Source of the DNA: the human T2T-CHM13v2.0 reference genome, Homo sapiens
DNA: 64,000 bases
NCBI RefSeq assembly: GCF_009914755.1
Contig: NC_060926.1
Reading direction: 5' to 3' (one strand)
The notes beneath the pieces were generated by a model. It was not told where the DNA came from. It did not search any database and was given only the letters and a program-made list of their open reading frames with translations. Shown here piece by piece: positions 1-15,552 of this stretch. Numbering within the stretch: the stretch's first letter is position 1; the number at the start of each line of letters is the position of its first letter. The position numbers and the translations under genes are program-made.

Positions 1-36
1 CTCCTGGGCTCAACCAATCCTCTCACCTCAGCCTCC
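1..36 (-). mobile_element. Alu fragment (J/FLAM-like), cut by the window edge
   Basis: ctcctgggctcaa..aatcctc..acctcagcctcc is antisense Alu left-arm sequence. Confidence 0.7.
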
Positions 37-720
37 GAAACTAGCTATTATTTTTAATAGACTAAATCATTCTGGTTGGTTATTTATGATTTTTATAATT
101 GGTGGTAATAATTAGACTGCTTTATGTTTGCATAGAATTTTGCATTACGAAAACTTTCATGATCAGACTTAGTATAGAAAATTTAGTAAACTATTTAAAA
201 TGTAGAGAAAAATGTAACATTACTACCAATCTTATCCTTCAGAATCAATAATTTTATATATTTTGGTGTATTTTTTCAGTTCATATATTATGAATATTGC
301 TTTCTAGTTTGAGTTTTAAAAATCAAAAGTTCTATGCAAACTTTATTTTTGATGGTTGCATATATTCCATACTATGGCTAATCATATTTTATTTAACCAT
401 ACTTCACTTTTGAGCTATTGCACTGTTTATTGGTTTTAGTTATTACATATTATTACATATATGTAATGTTTTCATATAACCCATTGTGCCTTCATCTTAA
501 CCATTTCATCTTCCTACAAAGGATACGACTTGGAGTAGAACATTCAAATCATGTCATTTTCTATTTTGTGTTCATACGAAACCGTGAACTGATACCTTGA
601 AATTACTCTAGATTTATCTGCACAGAACTAAGCCCAGGCAAAAAGCACTATGATGGCTTCTACTTAACATGAAAGTAGGTGGTTCCCATAGACGCTTCAG
701 ATACCATCTAGACATGCTTA

Positions 721-1068
<348 letters not shown>

Positions 1069-2486
1069 CTAATTATCTGCTCCTCCTTAATAAAACAGAT
1101 CAAGTATGTTTTATGCATTGTTGCCTTGATATGGTCTTAGTTCAGTTTAATTTTTCAGTATTACTTTTTAACTATAACAAAAGTCCTGTGTTAAAATGGA
1201 TTTTTATTCCTCTTTTCTCCATCTAAAATGTATCCATTAAATTCAAATGAAGTATCAAATTGTAAAACATTAAATTGCTCAGAACTTATGTGAGTTCTTT
1301 TCTATTTTTCATCCACATTTTAGTGTATTAGAGATTAAGTGAGGAGGTGCTGACAAATCAACGGTAATAAAAAAAAATCAGTAAACCAGATTTTGTGGGG
1401 TGTGGAGGGCATGCAGATCAAGGCTCAAGGTGGTTGAGTTTTTCATGATTCAAAAGGGACCAGTAATAGTGTAGAAGTCAATTACCAGATCATACTTTGA
1501 ACTGATGTTATATTGCTATATTCTAATAAAATGTCTTATCTAAATCTTTATCCTTTTTTACTTCTCATCTATCCAACTATTATGAATATTTTAATATGTT
1601 GACTAAACAAATTGGTCATAATGATATATAGAGATAACCAATTTTCAAGGAATTAGATTTTGAATCAACAGTAAAAGACATTGGCCATAAATTGGAAGAA
1701 AGAAGATTAGCAAATAACTTGATTTATATATACATATATATATGTTTTGTTAATTATTATTTACAGTTTCCCACATAATTTAATGTTTTTGGATTCACCT
1801 TAAAATATCTCATAGTGGTATTTTTTTAAAAAAAACGAATATTAAGTTAATGGTTAATCTTTCAATCAAAGATATCTTAGAATGAATAAATAATTAAGAT
1901 AAACAATTAACTGCAAAAATAGTTATCTTTGAGTAGTAAGACTATATATGATTTTCCATTTTCTTCTTTTTGCTGGTCTGTATTTTTTATAGTAAACAGA
2001 TTATTTGTAGAGTGAAAAAGATATAAACAATCAATATAATTTTACCTCTTTCTTTTGTGGGGAGAGAATGAATTAGAATCAGTCTCTGGGCCATATCTTG
2101 TAAATATGAAACATTTCAGAGATCGGTAGAAAGAGTGCAGGTCCCTGTGCTTTAGGTCATGGGAATGCAGTGAGAGGCATGGCTTGGCCTGGCCTTGGGG
2201 ATCTGAAATCAATGGAGAACTCTGGAAGCCCTGAATAGAACAATGAAACCTAAAAGTACGAAACCTGCTGAAAGGCAAGATGGTGGGTGAGCAGTCAGGG
2301 AACCCCGTATTGGAAAATATGCAACTTTTCATGGAAGTTATGCATTAAAATATTTTTTAATATAAGAAAATGCCTCCAAAGTGTAATCATTTGAGTGGAT
2401 TAGTCACCTACTCAGTTAAATACAAAAACTTGTGTAAGGGGTCGGGTGGATCTCAACACATAATAGACCTTATTCCAGCCCATCCT

Positions 2487-2610
2487 GGATACCCCAAAAC
2501 CCTGACTTGGTCATTACACATTCTATGTATGTACTGATACACATTCTATGTATGTACCGAACACTCACATGTACCCCATAAATATGTAAAATATTATGTA
2601 TCGATAAAAT
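2487..2610 (+). mobile_element. L1 3' end fragment (L1MA/L1PB-like)
   Basis: ccctgacttggtcattacacattctatgtatgta...catgtaccccataaatatgta...tatgtatcgataaa resembles an L1 3' terminus; acacattctatgtatgtac is locally duplicated. Confidence 0.7.
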
Positions 2611-3388
2611 TTTGAAAGCCTAGCAATAAAATAAAATTCAAATAATATTCCCAAGAAACAAATAAAACAACTATAGTAAACTTACATATAGCAAATATGA
2701 GCTACAATAGCATTAATCTGTAAGGCAGGTGTTTATTAACACTATCTTTGGACGTCAGAATAATTTAGAAAAATAAACTGGACTGACAACTTTATTTTTC
2801 TTTTTAGATTAGACTTGATAAAGTGTCTTACATGGAGTCTGGCTAGAGGATGTTTATATATATGATGTCTATTATCATATATATGGCATCCTATCAATAT
2901 TGAGATTATTACACAATTGGCCAGGGCATTACTCAGGACTGTGCATTTTGGAGTTTGCCCTGCTCTGGAAATTGTAAAATATTCATGCATTTCCTTTTTA
3001 AAGCATGCAATAGCTCTCTGGGCTTTCAAACCATCAGCTGCGAAGAGTCATGTTGCATAAACACACTTTCCCAGAGTAATCAGACTCATCAGTAATTTGT
3101 CTTTTCATCCCAGGCTTTCCGGAAATTCTGTCAGGGAGAAAAAGTTCAAGTGCACTGTGGTTTTCTCCCTTTCCAATGTTTATTTTATAACATTTCTTCT
3201 TTTGCTTTCCCCTTAAAAAATGTTTTCCGTTGTTCAAAACAGATTCCCACTGAAAGGGGGCAGAGGTTCAATTTTATTTAAATCTCTCCTCATTCCCAAT
3301 GAGCAGGGGTTCTCTATCTTCAAGCTGACACCCCCTGTAGCTCTGGGCAGGGTGGCTTCTGTTCTTGGGCTCTGCCGTTGGTGGGAGC

Positions 3389-3775
3389 CAGCTGCCAGCA
3401 ACACCTGCATCTCTGCTGGGGTCAGCGAGCTCCCAGTGCCTGAGAGCTTCCTCCCAGGGCTGGACACTCCCTCTGCATGCAACAAGATGCCTACAGAGCT
3501 GCTGCAGAGACAGGCTGGGAAGGATGGCAAGGGTGAGAGAAGGGCACAGGGGAACCAGTGGCCCTTACCTGTGGTTTTAGGGTTCTGTCTTCTGTCCTCC
3601 AGCCCGATGAGCAGGGACAGCTGCTGTGCAGGCGGACTGCCTGGTTGGATGGCCCCAACCTTCTGTGCAGCTGCCAGCCAGCTGCGCTGCCCTTGTCAGT
3701 GGCGCTATAAATAAGGCACGTCTGGACATTGGCCAGGCCTAGGAGATAAGAACCCAGCCCCTGGCTCCCACGTGC
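3389..3775. promoter_or_regulatory. Candidate myogenic enhancer/promoter (E-box cluster plus MEF2/TATA)
   Basis: CAGCTG at 3389, 3618, 3668, 3679; AACACCTGC 3400-3408; CTATAAATAA 3705-3714; AGATAA 3744; CACGTG 3769; non-repeat GC-rich context. Confidence 0.45.
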
Positions 3776-4648
3776 CTTTTAAGGTCTCCAGATTAAAGAA
3801 GCCTCAGCTCCCAGATGGGAAGGGGCTGCCATGTCCTCGTTTGTCCTGCCTGCTTCAAGGACACACGAGGCCTCATATTTTCCAGGAATCCAAAGGGTGG
3901 CTAAACTGGGAAGGCCACCAGCACCAGAAAGGGACCTCACTTTGTCATACAAGAGGCAGAGCCTCCAACAGGCTGCTCAGCTCCACCTCTGTGCACCCCC
4001 CAGATTAGGTAACTGGCATGGAGGCCCAGGAGTGAAAGGACACTTCCCCCAGGCTACACAGCACCTCTGTGAGCTGGGAAATGTGGATTTCTAGTGCTGC
4101 CTTTGGAACGAGCTCTCTAGCTTACAAGGGCATTTGCTTGGGTGAGAGGATGTTGGGAAGATCGAACAATCGGCTTAATAAATGCCAGGCATTTGTGAAG
4201 CCGTGGAGTGGAATACATTCGCAGAAAGTTCTCTCCCTCCCTATCCTCCCTGCTCATGCATGATTATAAGGGTTTCTTGAGCCATACACTGTTTTCTCTA
4301 TAGAATTAAAACAGTGAAATCTTCCCAGAGCATTTTTAAAGCCATATGCTGGGAGAGGAAGAGAAACTGATTTGGGGGACCAACAGCTCCTGATTCCTCC
4401 TTAATGTCTTACTTACGAGTATGCTGAAAAGGCACTCACCCATGGCGAGGGCCAACTTCTTCTGAGGACTATTTGGCGACAGCTGTCTGCATTACCACAA
4501 CAATTCTAAGCCTGCAGATTTATCCCAAGGAAAGAATAGTGGATGTGGGCAGAGATACAGCTGCAAGGACATTTCTCGAAGCTCTTTTTATCTTGGAATT
4601 AGGAAAAGTTGGAAACAACCTAAATGGCTATCAAAAGGGGGCTGATTA

Positions 4649-4860
<212 letters not shown>

Positions 4861-4950
4861 ACGCTGCAACCTTTAGAAATGTCAAAGGAGAATATTTAAT
4901 GATATAGGAACAATACATATTATTATAGATTGATAATAAAAAGCAGGTCA

Positions 4951-5367
<417 letters not shown>

Positions 5368-6581
5368 TCATTTTATTTTCTTCTTTGTCTTATATGCAAT
5401 CTCTAAATTATTTACAATAATATTGTATTCTTTTATAAGAAAATTAACTTCATCTAAAATCTTAGTTTCTGAGACTCAGAAGACAGCTTTCTGTGTTTCT
5501 GCACTAATGAATCTCAGTTTATTTTAAGGTTACAGAATTCCTTGGGGTTTCCCCACTCTTTGGAAAAACCTATGTAAGGCCCAGAAGCTCTTTTTCATGC
5601 CAATTCCAATGATCTGATGTAGCTGGACCTGTCAAATCCTCTAAGTGTCCCTGTCAAGGCAAAGGCAAGGCAAGAAAAGAGAAAGAAAAGAAAAAAAAAC
5701 ACTAAGAGAAAAAGAAGGAAACAGAAAATAAACAATATAATATATGTAATCATAATGTATAATTTTATCACACAGGTCACTTTTATCTGACCTAACATGC
5801 CCCAATTTATGCTCCAATCAGGACATTAGAAAGGCACTTAATGGGCCTTTTATTTAAAGGAGGTGCATGTTCTGATGATTATTTTGTTTTTTAAAAATTG
5901 TTTTTAACTTAAGTAATGACCTCCTGATCTGACTGTGTGATATAGAGGAATTCTTCTTTTACTTCCAACTCATTTTCAGTGATATGTATGATGGAAGAGG
6001 GGACCCCTCTCCTGACCTGGCTCCTGCAGTACAGAGGGTCCGAAATCCTTTAATTCCCTCTTCTGTCTACAGACACCAGCATGGGGTTGCCTCCCCCATG
6101 AATAGGACCTGGCCTAAGACATAGCACGGGGTAGTTTCAATGCTTTTGTGTTGGGTCTTACTGCCAGAGGAGCCTCTATGACAGACACAGCCCAGGGCAG
6201 AGCCTGCAGGCTGAGCCCCATCCTCTGGACTCTTATTTGAATTTGCAGTGCCAAAGCCCTGCTTGGACTATCCAAAGTCCCTCTCAAGTAAGTGCTGACT
6301 GCCTACCTCAGAGACTAGCCAGCTGAACCATGGAATGCATCCTACAGGTGTCCAGGGAAGAGGGGGGCTTCCAGTCTTAGGTCAGCCTCTGGAGTAGGGT
6401 AGACTTTCTCAAGAGAAGGACAAGATCAGGAAGAGATGGCACTGAGAGTCCTAAGGAAGGACCTCTCTTGGAGGAAGCTGGGCTGGAGGACAAGGAATTG
6501 GGGTGCCCAAATAAAGGACTTCTGAAAGGACTCACCAGTTTGCAGGGCTCATCTTTGATCTCTGGGAACAGCCCCCCAAAA

Positions 6582-7040
6582 TGAAAGAGAGGAAAAACAG
6601 TTTTCTCTCTACCCTTCATGAGTTCTTAGCTGGGATGCCCTGGAACACAAGACAGATCAACAGGAGAAAAACAAACAAGTTGAATATTAAATAGCGTGGA
6701 TACCTTGTATATCCATGGGAGTTACACAGTGAGCTGAGCAAATCTCTAGGGTAGATCCAAGAGGGAGTTGAAACTTTGGGCTGAAATATCATTTTCTGAA
6801 ACACAGAAAGAATGGCGTGGGAAAACCCTGTTATGGGGGAGAAGAATGCCCAGAAAAAGCACAGAAAATGAACAAAATGGATCATGTTAAGTTGGCACCT
6901 TCTCCATAGATACATCTCGAAGGATTTAGTCATCCTTCTCTTCCTGGTGCAGGAATGGAGATTTCCTTTACAGATGTAAATCCTCTTTGAAAGGGTAACT
7001 TTTCCAGCATATTTAGGGGTGGTGTATTTGGTCTCTAACA
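6582..7040 (-). mobile_element. Solo ERV1 LTR (MER4 group, MER34/MER31-like)
   Basis: Minus strand starts TGTTAGAGACCAAATACACCACCCCTAAATATG and ends TTTCA; agacagatcaacaggagaaaa motif typical of this group. Confidence 0.6.
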
Positions 7041-7048
7041 ACAGCATC

Positions 7049-8021
7049 TGTTGGGACTCAGGAAACAATAGTCTTTAGTATGATGCTTTGGCAAACTGGC
7101 TACTCAGAAGGCCTCAGCCGCAGCCTCAGCAGCAAGGCCCTCTGACCTTTTCCAGCCTTCCTATCTTCCACCTCTTTTCCTCCCCTGAAGCTTTCAAAGA
7201 AAGCGGAATCCTCTTCCCAAGGCGAGTCATAGAAATCAGAACTCTCCTGCAAAGCCAGCCTTAAATCCTGAAAGTATTACTCTACCCTTTTCCTACCTTT
7301 CTGGGCAAGAGCTGGCTGTAAAGAAATTCTCTGAGCTGCCATGTCTGAAAGTAGATCATAAGATCTTCATTCCAGAAGGTCTCTGCTCTATAGCTGGGAG
7401 GAAGGATTGCCACACAGAGAGGCCAAAAAGAATCTGAACAGACAGGCCTTGCTGAGTTTTCCCACTCAGCCTGTTAGCGTTAGATCATTCCCTTTTCATC
7501 ATGTTTCCACGTGACTGTCCATCCCTCATCAAATCTAAGCATAATAATGGACAGCTTTCCTTGGGCCTTTTGGGCTTCATTCTGAAGGCTCCCATGTCAC
7601 ATAAAGCTTTGATGAAATAAATTTTTTTTCTCGAAAGGTCTGTTTCTGTCACTCAGACTGGAGTGCAATGGCATTATCACAACTCACAAAATGCTGTCTC
7701 AAACTCCTGGGCTCAGGCAGTCCTCCTGCCTTAGCCTCCTGAGTAGCTGGAACCACAGGCATGCACCACCATGCCTGGCTAATTTTTATTTTTTATTTTT
7801 TGGTAGAGACAGTGGTCTTGCTATGTTGCCCAGGCTGGCCTCCAACTCCTGTGTTCAAGTGATCCTCTTGCCTCAGCCTCCCAAAGTGCTGAGATTATAG
7901 ATGTGAGCCATCGCACCAAGCTTATTATGCTTTTCTCTTGTTGGTCTGTCTTTTGTTAGAGAAGTGTTGGCTGTGACCCTGCTGAAGGCAAGGAAAGGTA
8001 TTGTACGCTTCTGCCTCTATG
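7049..8021 (+). mobile_element. Solo ERV1 LTR (MER39/MER31-like) interrupted by AluJ
   Basis: Starts tgttgggactcaggaaacaata; resumes after the Alu with ttatgcttttctcttgttggtctgtcttttgtta; flanks catc/cagc resemble a 4-bp TSD. Confidence 0.65.
7622..7921 (-). mobile_element. AluJ
   Basis: Antisense dimer with J diagnostics (ctcctgggctca, tcttgctatgttgcccagg). Confidence 0.92.
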
Positions 8022-8574
8022 CAGCCCTGTTTGACATTCTTCCCGCTCCACACTGACTCACTCTCACAGTCTTGGGGATGGGTGAGATGTGAGGGAGGGT
8101 GCCTGCCTGACATTCACTACCTACAGCAGACACTGTGGGAAGGAGCCATATCTACAGGGAGCGCCGTGGCCAGGACTTGGGGCTGTGGTCAGGACTGGGC
8201 GTGCCAAGGAGAGGAACTGCCCATGAATGTGGCACTTGCCTGTCTTTTATGGTATCACAGGGGAAAGGTGGACAGATACTTTTTGGTCATGTTTTCAAAA
8301 ACTTGGAGACCAAAACTACAAAACAGATAGGTCTGAAACAAGCATTTTTTATTCAATTCGGGAAATATGTACTGAGCCTCCACTAGGAACCAGACACTGG
8401 CAGGCACAAGGATCGACAGGATGGAGACTCACAGATGGCCATGAGCTCCTCCAGTTTATCCCCAGCTACCAGCCTGGGTGAGGGCACCCCACCATGGGCA
8501 GAGTCTCCTGCAAAATCTCAGCACCCCCAGGCCAATGCACTAAGGCATTTTGCCTGTGGGACATAAAATCTTCT

Positions 8575-8715
8575 TGTTCATCCATCAGTGCTATTCATTC
8601 ATTTTTTCCAAGAACCGTCCATGGAGCTTCCTCCATGTGCCAAGCATTGTGCTAGGTCTTGGAGCCTCAGCCCTGAACATAAGAGAAGAACCTCAGCTCA
8701 AGGAGCTTGCAATGA
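8575..8715 (-). mobile_element. L2 3' end fragment
   Basis: attcattcatt...tgtgccaagcattgtgctagg...ctcaaggagctt. Confidence 0.6.
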
Positions 8716-9845
8716 ACTAACTGTGCACTGTTGTCACAGCCTGAGGCTCTCACCTTGAACCTGGAGCACCTTTCCCTTATAGTCACTGTAGGTGCCATTT
8801 ACCACTGTTGCCACCACCCTCATCTTTGAGGGAGTCGCTGTCACTACAGCTTCTTGCTCAGGGGTGGGCAGCCTTAATCTTTCTGTGAACCTGGTTCTGT
8901 GGCTCCTGGAGCCTGCCAGAGCTGAGCTTTGTACGTAGGATGGTACAAAGCTCAGCCACCTGAGTGCCGCACAGGCCACTGCTGTAAGCCTAGTGCTGCT
9001 GAGCCTGCTGGGGGGTGTTTGTGCTTCTTATCTGTCACAAGGGCCAGCCAGGCCCACGTTTCCCTCCATTTCCTCTATCCCACCCAGCTTGACTGCTGCT
9101 GGGACTGCCTTTCCCTCCTCTCCCTCCCTGAGCTGAGAAGCCATGGGGTTGGGGGTAATGCACCTGGCCCCTGGCTGGAGGGAGCTGGGTCTCTTTCACC
9201 ATGGGCAGGCTTTTCCCTGCTGGCTTGGTGGTTTGCATGTCAGAGGAAGACAGCTAGCCAAGGAGCCAGAGAAGGATAGCAGAGAGGTAAGAGGAGAAGC
9301 ACTTAGTTCTGGGGCAGAGAGAATAGGGTTTTAGGAGGGAGTGCGTGGACCGATACCATTTTTTGTAAGCTGAAAAGAGTGTAGACCAAGGAAAGTGTTG
9401 TTTTTCTGGACTGGAAAGTCCTCAGATGCAGAACCAGTGTGTGTTGGGGTGCAGAGGATGAGTGGTTTGTGAACCGCGTTGCCTACCAAGCGCCTGTCTG
9501 CAGAATCTGGAAGGACAAGCCCAGCCTCATTTTCAAGTGAATACCTTTCATTGCCTAACCACTCCATTTGCTATTCCTGAAACCTCTACATAAACATTCC
9601 TTCTGCACTTCCCAGAACAATAAACAGGCAGGAACGGCTGCATAAATGTCCAGTAAGTGTAAATACATTTATGATCAGCTCTGGGAAGTTTCAACCTGAA
9701 AAATAGCACCACCATTTGCTGGTGTACAGAATCCAGGCACCTCTTATTTTTGAACTTGTCTTATGCTGACCTAGTCTGGGTGTTGAAATGAACCATGTTA
9801 TCCTATCAGAAAATTGACCCAATAATAATCTCAGTATGATGTTAA

Positions 9846-11451
<1,606 letters not shown>

Positions 11452-12039
11452 TCATGTTACGCTATTATATCTTCAGCAAGAAAGTAAGCATGCTTACTGT
11501 ATGCTGAGGACTGGGCTGGGCTTTTCAAACATCCGCTAAATTCAGGACTTCACTCTGTCTCAAGTCACATGCTAAAAATATACACAAAAAATGGAACACA
11601 ACAGTATACCAACAGGTCAGTATCACTCTGCACATTCCGGATACTGTGTACCCTTGTTTTGTCTCCCTCAAATTTCTCTCTCAAATTTATGCGTAGAGTC
11701 TTCATCCACACCAACTGACATTATCGATGACAGCTGGTGACCCCTTGGCTAAACTTATTTGTACTCTAGCAGCGATCAACACCCTCAATTAGAGGGACGA
11801 AACATGAACCGGTGACATGCCAAGCCTCAAATAGGAGCTGAGGGAGAGCATAGAGTGGACCAAATGCCTTGCTAGCCCCTGAGTTTATATAGGAAGCCAC
11901 TCCCAGATGTGCCCTGTCAATTACTGTAAATAATGGGCTGTAATCTGGTCAACAAGACTCTAATTCTAGAGCCATTTACAACCACCATGTGGCGGATCAT
12001 TGGAAAAGCTGGGGTGGAAGGGGCCCTGGGCAACTCTGC

Positions 12040-12200
12040 TGCTCCCCCACACACCCTTGCTGTGTGCCAGGGTGGTTGATGTGAACAAGCATCAAAGGCC
12101 TCCTTTGCTGTCTGGCTTCTGGTTGGGTTTAGTCATTGGGTAGAACCAGCCAGAGACCAAACACAGGAGAAGAGTGAGGTCAGGTCCTCAGGTGCCCAGG
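12040..12200 (+). mobile_element. LTR33-like ERVL LTR fragment
   Basis: ctcctttgctgtctggcttctggttgggtttagtcattggg resembles the LTR33 core. Confidence 0.45.
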
Positions 12201-12261
12201 TCTTCCCTGGATACCAGTTCAGGACAAAACCACAAGGTAAATAGACATTTTTGAAATTAAA

Positions 12262-12712
12262 AATGTATTATTGTGGTAAACATAAAATTGACCATTTTAA
12301 CCATTTAAAATATACAGTTCAGTGACATTAAGTATATTCAAATTGCTGTGCAACTGTCACCACCATCTATCTCCAGAACTCTTTTCACTTGCCCCAACTA
12401 AAGCTAAAATGCTGTCCCCATTAAACAGCTCTCCACTCCCTGTCCCCCCAAACCCAGCACCTGGTGACCCCCACTCTAATTTCTGTTCCCATAAACTTGA
12501 TCACTCTAGATATCCCCTCTAAGTGGCATCATACAGAATTTGATCCTTCTGTGACTGGCTTATTTTATTAAGTATACAGCCCTCAAGGTTCATCCATGTT
12601 GCAGCATGTGGCAGAATCTCCTTCCTTTTTCAGGATGAATAATACTCCATTATATGGATAGACCACAACATTTTGTTTATTCTTTTACCTGTGGATGGAC
12701 ACCTGCATTGTA
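12262..12712 (-). mobile_element. L1MB-like 3' end
   Basis: aaaattgaccattttaaccattt...tacagttcagtgacattaagtatattc...gactggcttattt...caaggttcatccatgttgcagcatg. Confidence 0.85.
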
Positions 12713-13199
12713 CAAGGTCAATATTTGCTTTCTTCATTAAATCACCAAATACCCTTCAGAATAACTTCGCACAGACATAACTTAAGCATCAGAAAAATTC
12801 AGCCTGTGTGACTCAGTTAGGAGAAATGTCAGAAGAGTGGGTGTTTCATGAAGCAGGTGCGTATCCCAGCCTAGAAATGTAAGTTTGCAGGAAAGGTCAC
12901 TCTCTTTATTTCCTTAGTTGTCCAACACCATTTTGGGAACATAAGCCAGGCTGTTAAAAGATGCAACGTGGGAGGCACTATGGCTAAGACTCTGCCTGAG
13001 TATGCGGCTGGAAGGGGGGTTGAGACAGTTATTTTCTTCAATCCTGTGGACATGCAGTGGTTCCCAGTGGACAGAGGCACACGTCTCACTGTCAGGGAGC
13101 CATGGAGTAGCCTCAGCTGCCCACATCATGTGGACTGTGTTGGAGCCTGGAGAAGGAAGGCTGGGACCCTAGCTTGGGCCTTTGCCTTGGGTCCACTTC

Positions 13200-13495
13200 T
13201 CAGCCCTTCTCCTGCCTGCTCTGCTCCAGGTTGCCAGAGCACATTGCCCTGGAGCCTCCTTTCTCAGCTTCTGGGGCTTAGCTGGGTGGTCCCCTCTCTG
13301 TGCCTATGTTGGTGTCTCTGGCACAGCTGTGGCCCCTGCCATGGTTTGAGCTTCCTTTGGGTGACCCCGGGCCACTGGCAGTGGCTTTTCCTCACTCTCC
13401 CAATTCAGCCTCTCAACACCCCCATCATCCACGCACCCGGTTCCTAGCATAAATTCCCTCTGTTGAAATTGTTTGATGTAGATTCTGTTTCCCTA
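13200..13495 (+). mobile_element. LTR33-like 3' fragment
   Basis: taaattccctctgttgaaat...ttctgtttccct matches the style of an LTR33 3' end. Confidence 0.4.
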
Positions 13496-13503
13496 TTTAG
13501 ACC

Positions 13504-13771
13504 TTTTTTTTTTTTAGATGGCATTTCGCTCTTGTTGCCCAGGCTGGAGTGCAATGGCGCGATCTCTGCCTCCCAGGTTCAGACGATTCTCCTGCCTCAG
13601 CCTCCTGAGTAGGTGGGATTACAGGCACCTGCCACCTTTTTTTGTATTTTTTGTAGAGACAGGGTTTCACCATCTTGGCCAGGCTGTTCTTGAACTCCTG
13701 ACCTGAGGTGATCCACCCGCTTCAGCCGCCCAAAGTGCTGGGATTACAGGTGTGAGCCACTGTGTGCGGCC
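13504..13771 (-). mobile_element. AluSq-like with two internal deletions
   Basis: TSD ctatt(t/g)agacctttt on both sides; the cggctcactgcaacct and acgcccggctaa segments are missing. Confidence 0.92.
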
Positions 13772-15257
13772 CTATTGAGACCTTTTAAACCATTTCTGGA
13801 GGTTGACAGATTTTATGTAAATTAAAGTGTCATTTTATATGAAGTTCTGAACAAATTAACTAGAAATATAATCCCATCCTCAGAGGCTCTCTATTTTATA
13901 TTTTCATGTTAAAGTGAGCTCAGTGTCCTCTAAGATCAGTAAAGCGACGCTTTGAGAAGGGGAATTCCTTAACCAGCCTAAATCAGTGAATAGGATTTTG
14001 CAGAGGGAATTAGCTAAATACATTCCAAATTAGGGAAGAAGGGATTTTGACAGCTAGAAAATGGGAAAGTCCGGACTGCAAAGGGTACCAGCAAAGCAGA
14101 CATGGAAAATGGAGCATAAATACACTAGCCTTTCGTTTAATTAATCACTTTGATGAGTATTTAATTAGAAGAAAAATCTATTGTGTTAGAGGAGAAAATG
14201 TCTTAAATTTAGTTAGTGGTAATAAAATGGATTAAATCAGTGAGCTCATGGGACTGTGTATCCAACAGCAGGAGAGCCAAGAGATGGGCTGGGCAGCTGA
14301 GGGTGTAACAGAGCCCTGCCCAAGTGCCTGTTCACGTAGGGCAAGGTTGGGAGGGGCAGGACTGCAGCACCCAGTCCAGTGCCCAAAGCTTCCTTCCATG
14401 CACCCAGGGCCCCAGGCACGTAAGGCAGAGTGAACTCATGAACACCTGTTGATTTACAGCACTATTACCCACTTGAGCCAGAGATACAACAGATGTTGAG
14501 CACCCAAGACTTCCTGAGCACAGAGGCTCGGTGCATTATCAGCTACTCTGCCCTTTACAGTATCACAGTGAGGTCATCAACAAGCAAAGGAGGTTGACAT
14601 TGATGAGGGGTGGAGCAGCACTTGGTATTATGGCTAGTGCTGGCTCGGTAGAAGACCTGTGGAGAAACTTACAAACAAAGGATGGGCTCTTTTGGGCATG
14701 TCTCACATTGTAAGTGGAACACATTTCACCAAAGGAGTGAGTTCCACTTAGAGTATAGAAACTCCAAGTGAGCCAAAGAATGGGGAGGTGGGCCATGCAC
14801 GCACACCATTATAGTGGGAGGAAGTGGGGTATGTTTAGCTTAGAAAAGCTGCTCAGATGGCTCTAATGAATCCCTGCCTCCACCTCCAACCTCTCTGAGA
14901 GTTACCCTCAAAGATATTTGCAACAATCCTCTCTTAATGGCATACGAAGAAACTAGAGATCAGAATCATTTGTGTTTGTTCCTTTATCATGGTTTACCAT
15001 AGATACATTATTTAAGCCTTAGGTGATCCAACAATAATGTATTTTGAGTTTCATTCAGTCATACATTCATTCAACAAACCCCTACAGACTACCACTTAAG
15101 TGACAGGTGCTAGTGCACACAACCTTGCGTATTCATTTCACACTACCTTAATGTAATGGCTTCTTATTACCTTAAAAACCCAATGCATCTGCCATATTAA
15201 GAAGAGATGTCCAAATAAAATCCATGTTTAATGATTCATTCTTGATCCCCTAATTGA

Positions 15258-15552
<295 letters not shown>

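Noticed and set aside
3220-3714. 164-aa plus-strand ORF
   Set aside because: No recognisable domain or family resemblance; GC-rich DNA with open frames on both strands; better explained as regulatory sequence.
12968-13447. 159-aa ORF
   Set aside because: GTG start, W/C/L-rich random composition and partial overlap with an LTR33-like fragment.
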